A stretch of 64,000 nt of DNA, taken from assembly GCA_002863065.1 (NCBI GenBank), contig PKDL01000514.1:65-64064 (forward strand), written 5' to 3'. Positions 46,468 to 56,729 of the stretch are shown one piece after another. The notes below the pieces were generated by a model. That model did not search any database. It was not told the origin of the DNA and saw nothing but the letters and a program-made list of their open reading frames with translations. A program made the position numbers and the translations under genes. How positions within the stretch are numbered: the first letter of the stretch is position 1; every line of letters begins with the position of its first letter. Origin of the DNA: Pseudomonadota bacterium (GTDB lineage Bacteria; Myxococcota_A; UBA9042; GCA-2863065).

Positions 46468-47415
46468 GTGGAGCGCTTTCCTCTAGATACTTTTTTGGTG
46501 CACCTAACGGACGTTCGAGATCTCTCGAAACATACGCGACGTGCCTACGCCGTCGATTTGCGCGATTTCCAAGGCTATCTCGAAGCGCAGGGCATCACGT
46601 GGAACGCGGTAACTAAGGACGAAGTCCGCCAGTATGTTCACTCCATGTACCGTGAGTTGAAACCGGCGAGTATGTCACGCCGGATGGCTACGCTACGAAC
46701 CTTCTACCGCTGGGCAGTCGCAACCGGGAGAATCGAGGCCAGTCCATGCGAAGGAGTCCGAACGCCCAAAATCGGGCATCGAAATCCGCAGGTCCTCATG
46801 CCAGAGGAAGTAGACCGACTTCTGACATCAATCGACGATGCAACCGATACATTCGCTCTTCGAGATGCGGCACTGTTAGAGGTCTGCTATGGCGGTGGAC
46901 TGCGGGTGTCAGAGCTGGTGGGCATCGACGTATCGCACTTAGATACCGAGCAGCGGCAAGTGTTAGTGCGCGGGAAAGGCAATAAGGAACGAATCGTGCC
47001 GTTAGGACGAAAAGCAGTCGATGCAGTAGAGTCCTGGATGCATACCCGAGCAGGACTGATTACCGAGTCCACGGAAACAGCATTATTCGTGAATCGGTTC
47101 GGGCGCCGCCTATCGGCGAGGTCGGTTCGAACAATTTTATCGAAGCGCCACTTTGACTCTGGGGGTTGGGGCGGCGTACACCCACATGCCTTGCGCCATT
47201 CTTGCGCTACCCATTTGTTGGAGGAGGGGGCGGAACTTCGCCACATCCAAGAATTTTTGGGGCACGAAAGTCTGGCGACAACTCAAAAGTACACGCAGGT
47301 AAGCCTGGAACAATTGATGCGTACATATGATGAGGCTCATCCGAGAGCACAAGCGGTTACATCCGCAGATAACGCCGCCCCGAACGCCGAGTACAATGAC
47401 CACCACGACGCGTAG
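46468..47415 (+). CDS. xerC: Tyrosine site-specific recombinase XerC/XerD family
   Basis: Catalytic HALRHSCATHLLEEGAELRHIQEFLGHESLATTQKYTQV (R-H-R-Y pentad region); conserved xerC-hslV-hslU gene order. Confidence 0.8.
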   Translation: MERFPLDTFLVHLTDVRDLSKHTRRAYAVDLRDFQGYLEAQGITWNAVTKDEVRQYVHSMYRELKPASMSRRMATLRTFYRWAVATGRIEASPCEGVRTPKIGHRNPQVLMPEEVDRLLTSIDDATDTFALRDAALLEVCYGGGLRVSELVGIDVSHLDTEQRQVLVRGKGNKERIVPLGRKAVDAVESWMHTRAGLITESTETALFVNRFGRRLSARSVRTILSKRHFDSGGWGGVHPHALRHSCATHLLEEGAELRHIQEFLGHESLATTQKYTQVSLEQLMRTYDEAHPRAQAVTSADNAAPNAEYNDHHDA

Positions 47416-47466
47416 CTATGTGAGAATGTAGGGCAACGCGCGACGATACGACGAAGGTGCTAAGCA

Positions 47467-48015
47467 ATGGCAGACTATGAGTTTCACGGAACGACAATAA
47501 TTGCAGTGCGACATGCGGGGCGAGTAGCGCTTGGCGGCGATGGCCAAGTGTCACGCGGGAGCTCCATCATGAAAGGCGGGGCCAACAAAATTCGCCGGCT
47601 TTGTGACGGGAAGGTCATTGTTGGCTTTGCGGGCTCAACGGCCGATGCCTTCACTCTGTTCGAGCGATTTGAAGGTAAGTTGAAGGATTACAATAATAAT
47701 CTCGTCCGGGCCGCGGTGGAACTTGCCAAAGATTGGCGGCTGGATAAGGCGCTCCGACGACTTGAGGCCATGATTCTCGCTGCGGACGCCAGTAAAACAC
47801 TGCTTCTGTCAGGCACCGGAGACGTGATTGAACCAGACACATCCGTTTGCGCAATTGGCTCCGGAGGCGATTTTGCCCTGTCGGCTGGGCTCGCGCTGAC
47901 AAAGCACGCGCCCCACCTGAGCGCCAAGGACATTGTAGAAGAGTCTCTTGGCATCGCCGCTGGGATCTGTATCTACACCAACGACAACTTCACCATCGAG
48001 GAATTAGAATCATGA
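47467..48015 (+). CDS. hslV: ATP-dependent protease subunit HslV
   Basis: N-terminal [21 protein letters not shown] (Thr1 nucleophile after Met removal), [10 protein letters not shown]. Confidence 0.95.
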   Translation: MADYEFHGTTIIAVRHAGRVALGGDGQVSRGSSIMKGGANKIRRLCDGKVIVGFAGSTADAFTLFERFEGKLKDYNNNLVRAAVELAKDWRLDKALRRLEAMILAADASKTLLLSGTGDVIEPDTSVCAIGSGGDFALSAGLALTKHAPHLSAKDIVEESLGIAAGICIYTNDNFTIEELES

Positions 48016-49367
48016 GCGACCTTGAGGATATCCCGGTCGAACTTTCCTTCACCCCGCGAGAGCTCGTAGGCGAACTCGACCGGTATATCGTTGGCCAACG
48101 CGATGCAAAGAAAGCAGTTGCGGTCGCCTTACGAAACCGTTGGAGAAGGCGTCAAGTCAAGCCGCCCTTACGCGACGAAATCACCCCAAAGAACATCATC
48201 ATGATTGGACCCACGGGTGTCGGTAAAACGGAAATTGCTAGACGGCTCGCCCGACTGGCGCGTGCTCCATTTGTGAAAGTTGAAGCAAGTAAATTTACAG
48301 AAGTAGGATATGTCGGCCGAGACGTCGAATCCATGATCCGCGATCTCGTCGAGAATGCCGTCGCCCTGGTGAAAAAGGAAGAACGCCAGGCGGTGTCGGA
48401 CCGAGCACGTGCGAATGCGATCGAACGCGTCCTCGATGTCCTCGTTCCTGAGGAACCACAAGGTTTCGAGGTCGGCGAGAAACGCACGAGCACCCGCGAC
48501 AAGTTTAGAGACATGCTAGAATCCGGTGCACTCGACGAACGTCGCATTGAAGTCGAACGCCAAGAGAAAGCGTTCCCGAGCCTTGAAATCTTCTCAAGTC
48601 AAGGCGGTGTCGAAGAGATGGGAATGCAGTTTCAGGACATGTTCGGCAATCTCTTTCCCAAAAAAACGAAACGGAGAGAGGTCCTGATACCGGAAGCACT
48701 CGAACAATTCACCGAACAAGAGGCAGAAAAACTCATCGACCAGGAACGCGTTGTTCGACTGGCACGACTCAGAGCAGAACAGACCGGTGTAGTATTCATC
48801 GACGAGGTCGATAAGGTTGCTGGGCGCGAGTCTGGAAAAGGACCTGATGTCTCACGCGAAGGCGTTCAGCGCGATCTTTTGCCGATCATAGAAGGCTCAA
48901 CAGTGAGTACAAAGTATGGTTCCGTAGCGACAGACCACATGCTCTTCATCGCCGCTGGCGCATTTCACGTAGCAAACGTGAATGATCTTATTCCCGAACT
49001 CCAGGGACGTTTCCCCATTCGAGTGCAACTACAATCACTAGGTGAAGACGATCTGCTGCGTATTCTGACGGAACCAGAGAATAGTCTCCCTAAGCAATAT
49101 GCGGCACTTCTCGGTACCGAAGGGTTGAATGTTCAATTCGACAGCGATGCCTTGGAATCGATTGCTACCGTTGCGGCCTCTGTCAATCAACGTGCAGAGA
49201 ACATTGGAGCAAGACGCTTGCATACTGTGATGGAAAAGTTGTTGGAAGATGTGAGTTTCCGCGCGCCAGAGATGCCCAATGAACCGTTCGTGGTCACCAA
49301 AGCCTTTGTGGAGTCCCAGCTGTCCGACGTGGTCGAGGACCAAGACTTGGAGAAGTACATCCTGTGA
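48012..49367 (+). CDS. hslU: ATP-dependent protease ATPase subunit HslU
   Basis: [32 protein letters not shown]; Walker [16 protein letters not shown]; I-domain; ATGA overlap with hslV. Confidence 0.95.
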   Translation: MSDLEDIPVELSFTPRELVGELDRYIVGQRDAKKAVAVALRNRWRRRQVKPPLRDEITPKNIIMIGPTGVGKTEIARRLARLARAPFVKVEASKFTEVGYVGRDVESMIRDLVENAVALVKKEERQAVSDRARANAIERVLDVLVPEEPQGFEVGEKRTSTRDKFRDMLESGALDERRIEVERQEKAFPSLEIFSSQGGVEEMGMQFQDMFGNLFPKKTKRREVLIPEALEQFTEQEAEKLIDQERVVRLARLRAEQTGVVFIDEVDKVAGRESGKGPDVSREGVQRDLLPIIEGSTVSTKYGSVATDHMLFIAAGAFHVANVNDLIPELQGRFPIRVQLQSLGEDDLLRILTEPENSLPKQYAALLGTEGLNVQFDSDALESIATVAASVNQRAENIGARRLHTVMEKLLEDVSFRAPEMPNEPFVVTKAFVESQLSDVVEDQDLEKYIL

Positions 49368-50632
49368 GCAGCTTCGATACATCACCTACTGGGAATTTCG
49401 TGATTGGGGAACACGACCAAGATGCGCTCGTCGCTATCGGTCGCCGCACGATGTCCAAGAATTTTCGCCAACAACCGCTCGTTGCGGTGAAAGGTGAGGG
49501 CATGTACATCTGGGACCGAGCAGGTAAACGGTACCTAGACTTCATCGGTGGCATCGCTGTCAACGGCCTTGGTCACAGCCACCCCCGACTTGTAGAGGCC
49601 GGTTCGCGTCAACTTGCACAGCTGTGGCACGTATCTAACCTATACTTTAACGAACCGCAGATTCTGTTATCCGAACGTCTCTCTGAGGCGTTTGTCGACG
49701 GACGAGTGTACTTGTGTAACAGCGGAGCGGAAGCAAACGAAGCAGCCCTGAAATTTGCACGACGCTATGGAAGTATCACGCGAAAGGAACCGAATAGAAC
49801 CAACTTCATTACCTTCAAGAAGTCTTTTCATGGCCGCACCATGTTCGCTTTGTCTGCGACAGCACAGCCAAAGTACCACAAAGGATTTGAACCGGTAGTT
49901 CCCGGCTTCCGATACGCCATGTTCAATGACATCGACTCGGTAGCAGCGCTGATGGATGACACCGTCTGTGGTGTATTAGTAGAGCCAATACAGGCAGAGG
50001 GCGGTATCATCATGCCCGAGACTGGCTTTCTGAAAGACCTCAGGCAATTGACTGAGGATAATGGCGCACTCCTGCTCTTGGATGAGGTCCAGTGCGGTGT
50101 CGGCCGCACAGGCTCATTCTTCGCGTTCGAACAGGAAGGCATTCGGCCAGATGTCGTCACCTTAGCTAAAGCATTGGGTGGTGGACTTCCGATCGGCGCA
50201 ATGATCACCACAGAAGAAGTAGCCGACGGGTTCCAGCCAGGGTCACATGGCTCGACATTCGCTGGTAATGCGGTAGCCGCACGAGTAGCGCTCGAAGTGC
50301 TGAATGTCCTCGAAGATGACCAACTCATCTCTCACGTGAGGACTGCCGGTGCTTATTTCATGCAACAGCTGGATCGGCTCGCGAAGAAATATGACTTCGT
50401 AGAGGGTGCCCGTGGTCGTGGGTTCATCGTTGGCCTTGGATTCAACAAGGAGTATGCGCCGGAAGCGATGTTGCGCAGCATGGAAAGAGGGTTGCTGATT
50501 AACAGGCTCAACCCCCACACGCTGCGCTTCCTTCCCCCGTTGATTGCACAGCACTCGCATATCGACGCAGCCCTTGACATACTCGCGGATGTATTTGAAG
50601 ACCTGAAGCGTAACCCGCCGAACTTGGAGTAA
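49364..50632 (+). CDS. argD: Class-III PLP aminotransferase, acetylornithine/succinyl-diaminopimelate aminotransferase-like (start possibly at Met 49454)
   Basis: [48 protein letters not shown] (PLP Lys). Confidence 0.75.
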   Translation: MSSFDTSPTGNFVIGEHDQDALVAIGRRTMSKNFRQQPLVAVKGEGMYIWDRAGKRYLDFIGGIAVNGLGHSHPRLVEAGSRQLAQLWHVSNLYFNEPQILLSERLSEAFVDGRVYLCNSGAEANEAALKFARRYGSITRKEPNRTNFITFKKSFHGRTMFALSATAQPKYHKGFEPVVPGFRYAMFNDIDSVAALMDDTVCGVLVEPIQAEGGIIMPETGFLKDLRQLTEDNGALLLLDEVQCGVGRTGSFFAFEQEGIRPDVVTLAKALGGGLPIGAMITTEEVADGFQPGSHGSTFAGNAVAARVALEVLNVLEDDQLISHVRTAGAYFMQQLDRLAKKYDFVEGARGRGFIVGLGFNKEYAPEAMLRSMERGLLINRLNPHTLRFLPPLIAQHSHIDAALDILADVFEDLKRNPPNLE

Positions 50633-50635
50633 GCA

Positions 50636-51484
50636 GTGTCTAAAGGTGATTCCTTCGACATGCGGCTCACAGAGCTTGTGGAGCGATTGTCCTCTGAGGA
50701 CTTGCCAGCATTACGCGACAGAAGACTCAGATCGTTAGGAGATGAGCAACGGGCACGCCTCGACGAGACCATGCTCGCCCTCGACGGGCTGCTCGATTTG
50801 CTGGACCAACGCGAGGCGGCAATTGCGTCCGGTTCCGTACATCCTGTGATTACGCCCGCAGCCGATACGACCGAAAGCCCAAAGACATTCCAAATGAGTG
50901 GTAGCGAGGAGGACGCGGATACTGAGGGACCCGACACAGTCGTACTCGAAGCGGTGTCTGATAGTGATATGGACACGCCGCACATCGAACCCGATGCACT
51001 GCCTCAGGTACAGACAAATGAAGAGCCCATTGAGGATTACGTCATCCCTCAGGTGGACGAGGAGGAGCCTCCCTCACCGGGATGGACTCGGCGCTCTGAA
51101 CTTCTATACGACGACATGCTTCGCCTGTTCCGGCTCGCGGACAGCGATGGAGCGCTCGTTTCACTCGAAAGGCTACTGACCTCGACTCCTCTGAATGCCG
51201 ACCTGACAGAGTTCATCCACGTGAACGAAGAGCGACTTTTGGAACTCTACCAATCGGTCATTGGACCATTGGATTCGGTGCCCACGACGCTAGATACCAC
51301 CGAAGGTCCTATTCCGACCGCCTTTCTCAAATTTTCCAAGATTAGTTCCATTCTGCCACTGATCGATGGGGTCAATTGCATACAAGACATTATGGAGGCG
51401 GCACCCCTGTCGCGATTGGAAACTATTACAGTGATCAACCAATTGCTACGTTCAGGGGTTATCACGGTGGAGGGCACGACATGA
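50636..51484 (+). CDS. Acidic hypothetical protein with DUF4388-like C-terminal segment
   Basis: C-terminal FSKISSILPLIDGVNCIQDIMEAAP...TITVINQLLRSGVI resembles DUF4388 (PatA-like) motif; weak. Confidence 0.3.
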   Translation: MSKGDSFDMRLTELVERLSSEDLPALRDRRLRSLGDEQRARLDETMLALDGLLDLLDQREAAIASGSVHPVITPAADTTESPKTFQMSGSEEDADTEGPDTVVLEAVSDSDMDTPHIEPDALPQVQTNEEPIEDYVIPQVDEEEPPSPGWTRRSELLYDDMLRLFRLADSDGALVSLERLLTSTPLNADLTEFIHVNEERLLELYQSVIGPLDSVPTTLDTTEGPIPTAFLKFSKISSILPLIDGVNCIQDIMEAAPLSRLETITVINQLLRSGVITVEGTT

Positions 51485-51942
51485 CGGCAATGACAGTGCG
51501 TTGGGAAGACTTCGAATCCGCCTTCATTATCGGCAGTCCAGATGCCCGGTATTTCCTGAACCTAGATACAGGAGAAACGGAATATACCAGTCATATGGAC
51601 GGTGACACGGTCAAAGCGCGCGTGCTCCAAAAGGTAGAGTCCGGTCATTTTTTGGAGATACCACGCCCGAGCTTTGACGATGCCATGGCGGAGGTTAACG
51701 CGTTCATTAGCTCGGAAAATGCGGAGACTCAGACTCGCCTTAAAGAGGGAATGATGGAGCATCGAAGCCCTTTTTTAGGCTTTAATCGGGCTATTGGATC
51801 AGATCGAGAGTTACGCGCACGCTGGAGCGCGCATCGTCAGGCAGGCATCGAGAGACGGCTGATATCTTTCTGCCGAGACCACGAACTTGCCATCGAAAAT
51901 GAGGTCTATAAACAGCTTCTCAAAAAGCACCTGACAAATTAG
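51481..51942 (+). CDS. UPF0158-like hypothetical protein
   Basis: ATGA overlap with upstream gene; sequence reminiscent of UPF0158 family (WEDFESAF...YFLNLDTGE); weak. Confidence 0.3.
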   Translation: MTAMTVRWEDFESAFIIGSPDARYFLNLDTGETEYTSHMDGDTVKARVLQKVESGHFLEIPRPSFDDAMAEVNAFISSENAETQTRLKEGMMEHRSPFLGFNRAIGSDRELRARWSAHRQAGIERRLISFCRDHELAIENEVYKQLLKKHLTN

Positions 51943-51969
51943 CGAGTTCGCCTAAATATCGAGGCGTAC

Positions 51970-53577
51970 TTAGACACCGCAAGAAGAGCGAATCTCACTC
52001 ACAGTCGTCTTACCCATGGCGGCCGCCAGCACTGCAAGCTCAAACAAAGTGTGGAATCCGTCTTCACGCGCTAATTCCATCAGCTCTTCTTCATCAGCAC
52101 CGTTGCGAATCGCATCTCGCATCGCAGTTGGCGCATATGCTATCTCCGACACGAGTACTCGGCCCGCATAGCCGGTGCCCCAACAATGTGTGCATCCTTT
52201 GCCTTGCCGAAAGTTTTCATTTGGCGACGGGATTTCGGGTAGGCCCAGTTCGGTTCGTACCGAGGCTTCCACATCCACACCCACGCCACACTCGGGACAA
52301 ACCCGCCTTAGTAATCGCACTGCAACTACTGCCTGCAATGTCGCCGCCAAAGACCATGAAGAAGAGAGAGATGAAAGTGTCTTTAGTGTCGTCATCGCTC
52401 GACTGCCCGCAACCGTCACCACCACAAGTCGCCCTTCGAGAGCGGCGTGCGTCATTCTGGAAATATCCTCCAGCGGTACATCGTCAAACAGCAAAACATC
52501 GGGGTCCTGACTCAGGGCCTCATCAAGCTGATGTGGCTGGAAACCCAGAGCCCCCGATACGCCCATCGAACCATGGCGAGACAACGTGACTATTTGGCGT
52601 TCACTTCGAGAGACCATCTCGACGAGTGCAGACGCGAGCGTAGTTCGACCTGAATCCTTCGGCCCGGCGATAACCACCAACCCATGTGGGCGGCCCAGTA
52701 TTTGCTCGAGCCGAGAACGCTGGTCATGTGTGAAGTCCAGATCGTCCAAAGTGTGGATGTCAACATCCAACGACAGCAGCGTGACTGCTTGTCCAAATAC
52801 GGTGTTGGCTATCTTGAGTCGAAACCGACCGCGCCCCTCTGACGTACTCGCCGTTAGAATGCCTCCATGGGCAAGTGAACTTAGTCGCGCGACGATAGCC
52901 CGATGCAATCTCCGCGGGACCGTAAGTAGTGTCTGCAACCCCCCATCGACTCGCATCCGAATGCGGGCGGTAGTTTCGAATGGTTCAATATGTAAACCAC
53001 TCGCCTTCCTGCGTACAGCCTCAGTCAGAAGGTGATCCACGACAGTCACAACTGGCCGAGCATCAATCGGCGGCTCATCTTCCTCAGCCGGCGGACTAGA
53101 TACGGCTACATGCGCTGGAGGCGTGTCTAATAAGGCAGAAAGCTCTGGCTTACCTGACAGTTGAGATAGCGACCATTCAGCAAACTCAGATGCCGCGATG
53201 ACACGAATAGATATGTTGCGAAAACCGGTAGCATTTCGCACCGCATCGAGAGCGACTGTATTCTGTGGATCCACCATACCCACGACTAAAGTATTACCCT
53301 CAACTTCCAGTGGGACGACTTCAAAGCGTCGCATAGAAGGTGATGGCATCATTGCTAAAACCTCTGACTTCGGCGTGACATCCCCCAGAGAAACAGCTGT
53401 CGTACCACTCTGCTGGGCCAGGGCCTCTCGAAGAGAATCCGCTTCCAACAACCCCTCAGAAACAAGGATTTCCCCCAGCCGTCGATGCTCAGCACGCTGC
53501 CGTTGGAGCATTTCATCCAGCTTCTCCTGCGATAATGCACCTTGCTGCACTAGCAGCTCTCCCAACCTAAGCGCCAT
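51970..53577 (-). CDS. GspE/PilB-like type II/IV secretion ATPase homologue with N-terminal MshEN (T2SSE_N) c-di-GMP-binding domain but degenerate ATPase motifs
   Basis: Tandem 24-aa MshEN motifs RLGELLVQQGALSQEKLDEMLQRQ / RLGEILVSEGLLEADSLREALAQQ; Walker A GPKDSGRTT (Lys->Arg); Asp/His boxes lost; C-terminal tetra-Cys CPEC...CTHC retained. Confidence 0.7.
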   Translation of the reverse strand: MALRLGELLVQQGALSQEKLDEMLQRQRAEHRRLGEILVSEGLLEADSLREALAQQSGTTAVSLGDVTPKSEVLAMMPSPSMRRFEVVPLEVEGNTLVVGMVDPQNTVALDAVRNATGFRNISIRVIAASEFAEWSLSQLSGKPELSALLDTPPAHVAVSSPPAEEDEPPIDARPVVTVVDHLLTEAVRRKASGLHIEPFETTARIRMRVDGGLQTLLTVPRRLHRAIVARLSSLAHGGILTASTSEGRGRFRLKIANTVFGQAVTLLSLDVDIHTLDDLDFTHDQRSRLEQILGRPHGLVVIAGPKDSGRTTLASALVEMVSRSERQIVTLSRHGSMGVSGALGFQPHQLDEALSQDPDVLLFDDVPLEDISRMTHAALEGRLVVVTVAGSRAMTTLKTLSSLSSSWSLAATLQAVVAVRLLRRVCPECGVGVDVEASVRTELGLPEIPSPNENFRQGKGCTHCWGTGYAGRVLVSEIAYAPTAMRDAIRNGADEEELMELAREDGFHTLFELAVLAAAMGKTTVSEIRSSCGV

Positions 53578-54634
53578 AAGGCTCTCCTCCCGTATCGAAC
53601 GTGACGCGCTGTAAGTGCGTCACGAGTTTTCCCACGTACGTGTGGAACGCCGGACAGCGAATATTCGTGCCGCTCAGCAGCTCGAACGTATTGATTGTGT
53701 TGTAGATGACCAATTGGTTGAAGTAGTCGACGATACTTTCAGGCGGACTAAATCGTTTCGCAATCGGTAGCCGAAACAGCCGACGCGCGACAGGCGCTGG
53801 AATATGGCCTCTAGGACGCTTTCTTTGCGCATGGTCGGCAAACAACTCCAGAACCCGACGCGCAGGTAGTGGATTGGGGTCAGTCACATGAAACGTTAGA
53901 CCGATGCCACGTGGGTCCCGAGCAATGTGTGAAATCACGTTCACTACATAATCCGCGGGAACTAAATTCAGCGGATGGTCGCCGCGCCCTGGAAGGAATC
54001 CGAAGCTGAATGGGGACGACAAGAATGCCATCATCATTCGATAGGGCTCATCTCGATGTTCGATCTCGCCTGTTTCACTATCACCAACGACAAGGCTCGG
54101 ACGATATATCGATATCGGAAGGTCCCGCGATGCACGACGAACTAGCCGCTCTGCTTCCAACTTCGTCCGCTCATACTCATTTCGTGGTTTTTGCCCTCGG
54201 TCGAGTTCTTCCTCCATCACAACGCCTTGTCTGCTTCCTGAAACGAATGCGGTGGACAGAAAATTGAATCGCTGCAGATGGTCTGCTCCCAGCGCAAGTT
54301 CAAGTATCGTGCGCGTCCCCTTTATGTTGATAGCGCGCACCGTCTCTGGCCGTGATCGAGCGCTGGAGGATGCCAGGTGATATATCACATCGACCTCGCG
54401 CAACAGACGGCGCACCTCTGGCCCACTTAGTCCGAGGTCCATCATAGTCACATCACCCACCAGGATCTCACCGGAACCGGTGTCCGTTCTTCGAAGAAAC
54501 TGCTCAGCTTCTTGTTGATAACGGTACGGAGTTAGCAAACGAACATGTTCGCCCTGTGACAAAAGGCGACTTGCAAGCTTCCGAGTCAATAGGCTCGGGT
54601 ATCCGGTCAATAGAACATCAGCCATGAGATGCAC
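53567..54634 (-). CDS. NAD-dependent epimerase/dehydratase (extended SDR, thioester-reductase-like)
   Basis: N-terminal VLLTGYPSLLTRKLASRLL NAD-binding; ~355 aa. Confidence 0.6.
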   Translation of the reverse strand: MHLMADVLLTGYPSLLTRKLASRLLSQGEHVRLLTPYRYQQEAEQFLRRTDTGSGEILVGDVTMMDLGLSGPEVRRLLREVDVIYHLASSSARSRPETVRAINIKGTRTILELALGADHLQRFNFLSTAFVSGSRQGVVMEEELDRGQKPRNEYERTKLEAERLVRRASRDLPISIYRPSLVVGDSETGEIEHRDEPYRMMMAFLSSPFSFGFLPGRGDHPLNLVPADYVVNVISHIARDPRGIGLTFHVTDPNPLPARRVLELFADHAQRKRPRGHIPAPVARRLFRLPIAKRFSPPESIVDYFNQLVIYNTINTFELLSGTNIRCPAFHTYVGKLVTHLQRVTFDTGGEPYGA

Positions 54635-55250
54635 CAGTATAGTTGAGACCGAGCAACTCGTGTATTCGAGCCAAGGCTTGGTCTACACGGCGCTCCAGGG
54701 TTGGAAGGTCGGCATCGTTATAAATCACAACATCGGCACGTTGGACTTTATCCTCCAGGGGCATTTGAGCAGCAATTCGAGCCCGGGCGTCTTCCTCAGA
54801 TAAATCGAGGTCACGAGAGGCAATTCGCATCATTTGGAGGTCCACTGGTGCAGCGACTACAAGAACCATAGGGAATTGGCGATAACTCCCCGTTTCGAAC
54901 AACAAGGCTGCGTCATAGAACCCAAGGGTTTCGCCGCTACTAATCCATGAAGCAAATACCTCTGCTGAACGTCGTGCAACGGCTGGATGAACTATCCCAT
55001 TGAGATCACGCCTAGCCCCGTCATCGCCGAACACTGTTTTTCCAAGCTCACGACGCCTTAACCGACCATGCTCATCCACAATAGCGTGACCAAATCTTTC
55101 GATAAGCGCAGCCAGTGCCGGTTCGCCAGGCATCAAGACATCCCGAGAGATTTGGTCCGCGTCGACGACAGGATATCCGCGTCGCTTCAACATCGCACTG
55201 ACGGTAGACTTACCGCTAGCGATTCCCCCTGTTAGACCTACGATTCGAAT
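54618..55250 (-). CDS. coaE: Dephospho-CoA kinase (start uncertain; ORF open to 55388)
   Basis: IVGLTGGIASGKSTVSAML...VVDADQISRDV P-loop and DxD. Confidence 0.8.
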   Translation of the reverse strand: MRIVGLTGGIASGKSTVSAMLKRRGYPVVDADQISRDVLMPGEPALAALIERFGHAIVDEHGRLRRRELGKTVFGDDGARRDLNGIVHPAVARRSAEVFASWISSGETLGFYDAALLFETGSYRQFPMVLVVAAPVDLQMMRIASRDLDLSEEDARARIAAQMPLEDKVQRADVVIYNDADLPTLERRVDQALARIHELLGLNYTGASHG

Positions 55251-55502
55251 GCTGCTACTCCGAAATCCGCTGATACAAACCGGCGCCTGCGCGCGAGTAC
55301 CTTGACACCCCGTGTGCTCACTGCTAACCCAAACGTCTCGCAGAGGCAACCGGTGGTACGGTCGCCAGCATAACCCCAATGAGCACACTGTGCTGCCATT
55401 GTATTACTATTTGCCGTGGCTGACACCACAGTGCGATGTGTCTTGCTCCTCTTACGATTCCAAATGCGACAGAACGCAACAAGATAGCGGCGAGGTAAGT
55501 GC

Positions 55503-56729
55503 ATGACTTGGGGAGAAACCGTCTTTCACCGCATATCGGACCGCAGGGCGACCATTGTTCTGTTGGCGCTACTGGCGTTCATGATGAGCTTTGGGCTTGT
55601 GGTGCCACAGCATGTATCCAGCGAAACGATCGGGCATTCGTATACCTCCTCAGTAACTCAGGTGGTTGTAGGTCTCGAACTCCATCGGATTGAGTCGTCT
55701 TGGCTGACTCAACTACTAGCCATTCTACTCGCACTCAACATCGTAGCTATCGGCCTAAAAAGGGCGTTCCGTCTACCCAACGGTGTAGAAAACGGTCCCG
55801 CGAGGAGCCCTTATGCCGTATCCGAAGTCGCGATTGAGTCGACAGACAACAGTCTGAATGACTGGTTACACACCAGACTCCCACGCTCCGGTGCACGACT
55901 ACACTCGCGACATCACGCAAGCGGCAGCCTCGGTTTCCGGGTGGAATCTGCTATTCTGTGCCTCTCGGGAGTTGCTGTCTTGCTCGCCGCCGCCGCAATT
56001 GGAGCTCGGACCGACCTAGGGTTCATCACCGTAGTGGAAGGAGCCGACGATGCAGCACGCGCACGCTTTGAGGCATCACAGATTCGCAACGATGCTGAGC
56101 TGCCCTGGAACCCCCCATTCGATATGGAGTGTGGTCGCAGCGAAGACAGTACAATGCGGGGTCCTCGCCGTTGTCTTATCGTTTGGGATGGGAAACGACA
56201 CGAAGCGACCGTAAAACCTGGGACAGATCTGGAATTTCTCGGTCGGCGCCTCACATTGGTTGGTCTTGAAAGGCTACCCCTATCGGGTAGCCTTGACCTT
56301 GATATCGCCTATGGCAAGAAGGAGCGCAGCCGGACCACTTCGGCAGTCGGTACTCCACTAGATATAACGCTTCCCGATGGGCGTATTACCGCGCTGCTTG
56401 GCGGGTCAACGGATGGCTCCCCCGTAGGCGTACTCATGGGCCAAGTCGGCGAGGAGGCAGTAGCCGGACAGCTAAGTATTTCCGCAAGACCGCGTACTGC
56501 CATGACGTTCCTTGTGTCCGGTACCGACCATATCCCCTTTGTCTGGATCGGTGCTGGACTGCTACTCATTGGTATACTTGGCATCACATTGCTGCCCGCT
56601 TACCGCATCGCTATTGTACGAACGAGTGACACCATCACACTGAACATCCGCGGCTACGGCGCACTGTCGCGACCAGAACGGCTAAAACACCAACTCCTTG
56701 CGTATGGACGTGCTGGAGGTGATGAATGA
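55503..56729 (+). CDS. Cytochrome c biogenesis protein ResB/Ccs1 (system II)
   Basis: N-terminal TM ...LLALLAFMMSFGLVVPQ; large periplasmic domain; C-terminal TM; precedes CcsA with overlap. Confidence 0.6.
   Translation: MTWGETVFHRISDRRATIVLLALLAFMMSFGLVVPQHVSSETIGHSYTSSVTQVVVGLELHRIESSWLTQLLAILLALNIVAIGLKRAFRLPNGVENGPARSPYAVSEVAIESTDNSLNDWLHTRLPRSGARLHSRHHASGSLGFRVESAILCLSGVAVLLAAAAIGARTDLGFITVVEGADDAARARFEASQIRNDAELPWNPPFDMECGRSEDSTMRGPRRCLIVWDGKRHEATVKPGTDLEFLGRRLTLVGLERLPLSGSLDLDIAYGKKERSRTTSAVGTPLDITLPDGRITALLGGSTDGSPVGVLMGQVGEEAVAGQLSISARPRTAMTFLVSGTDHIPFVWIGAGLLLIGILGITLLPAYRIAIVRTSDTITLNIRGYGALSRPERLKHQLLAYGRAGGDE

Noticed and set aside
52400-53000. Possibility that GPKDSGRTT is a sequencing error in a normal PilB/GspE
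   Set aside because: A single-base error could explain K to R, but the Asp box and His box are also non-canonical, so degeneration is distributed across the domain.
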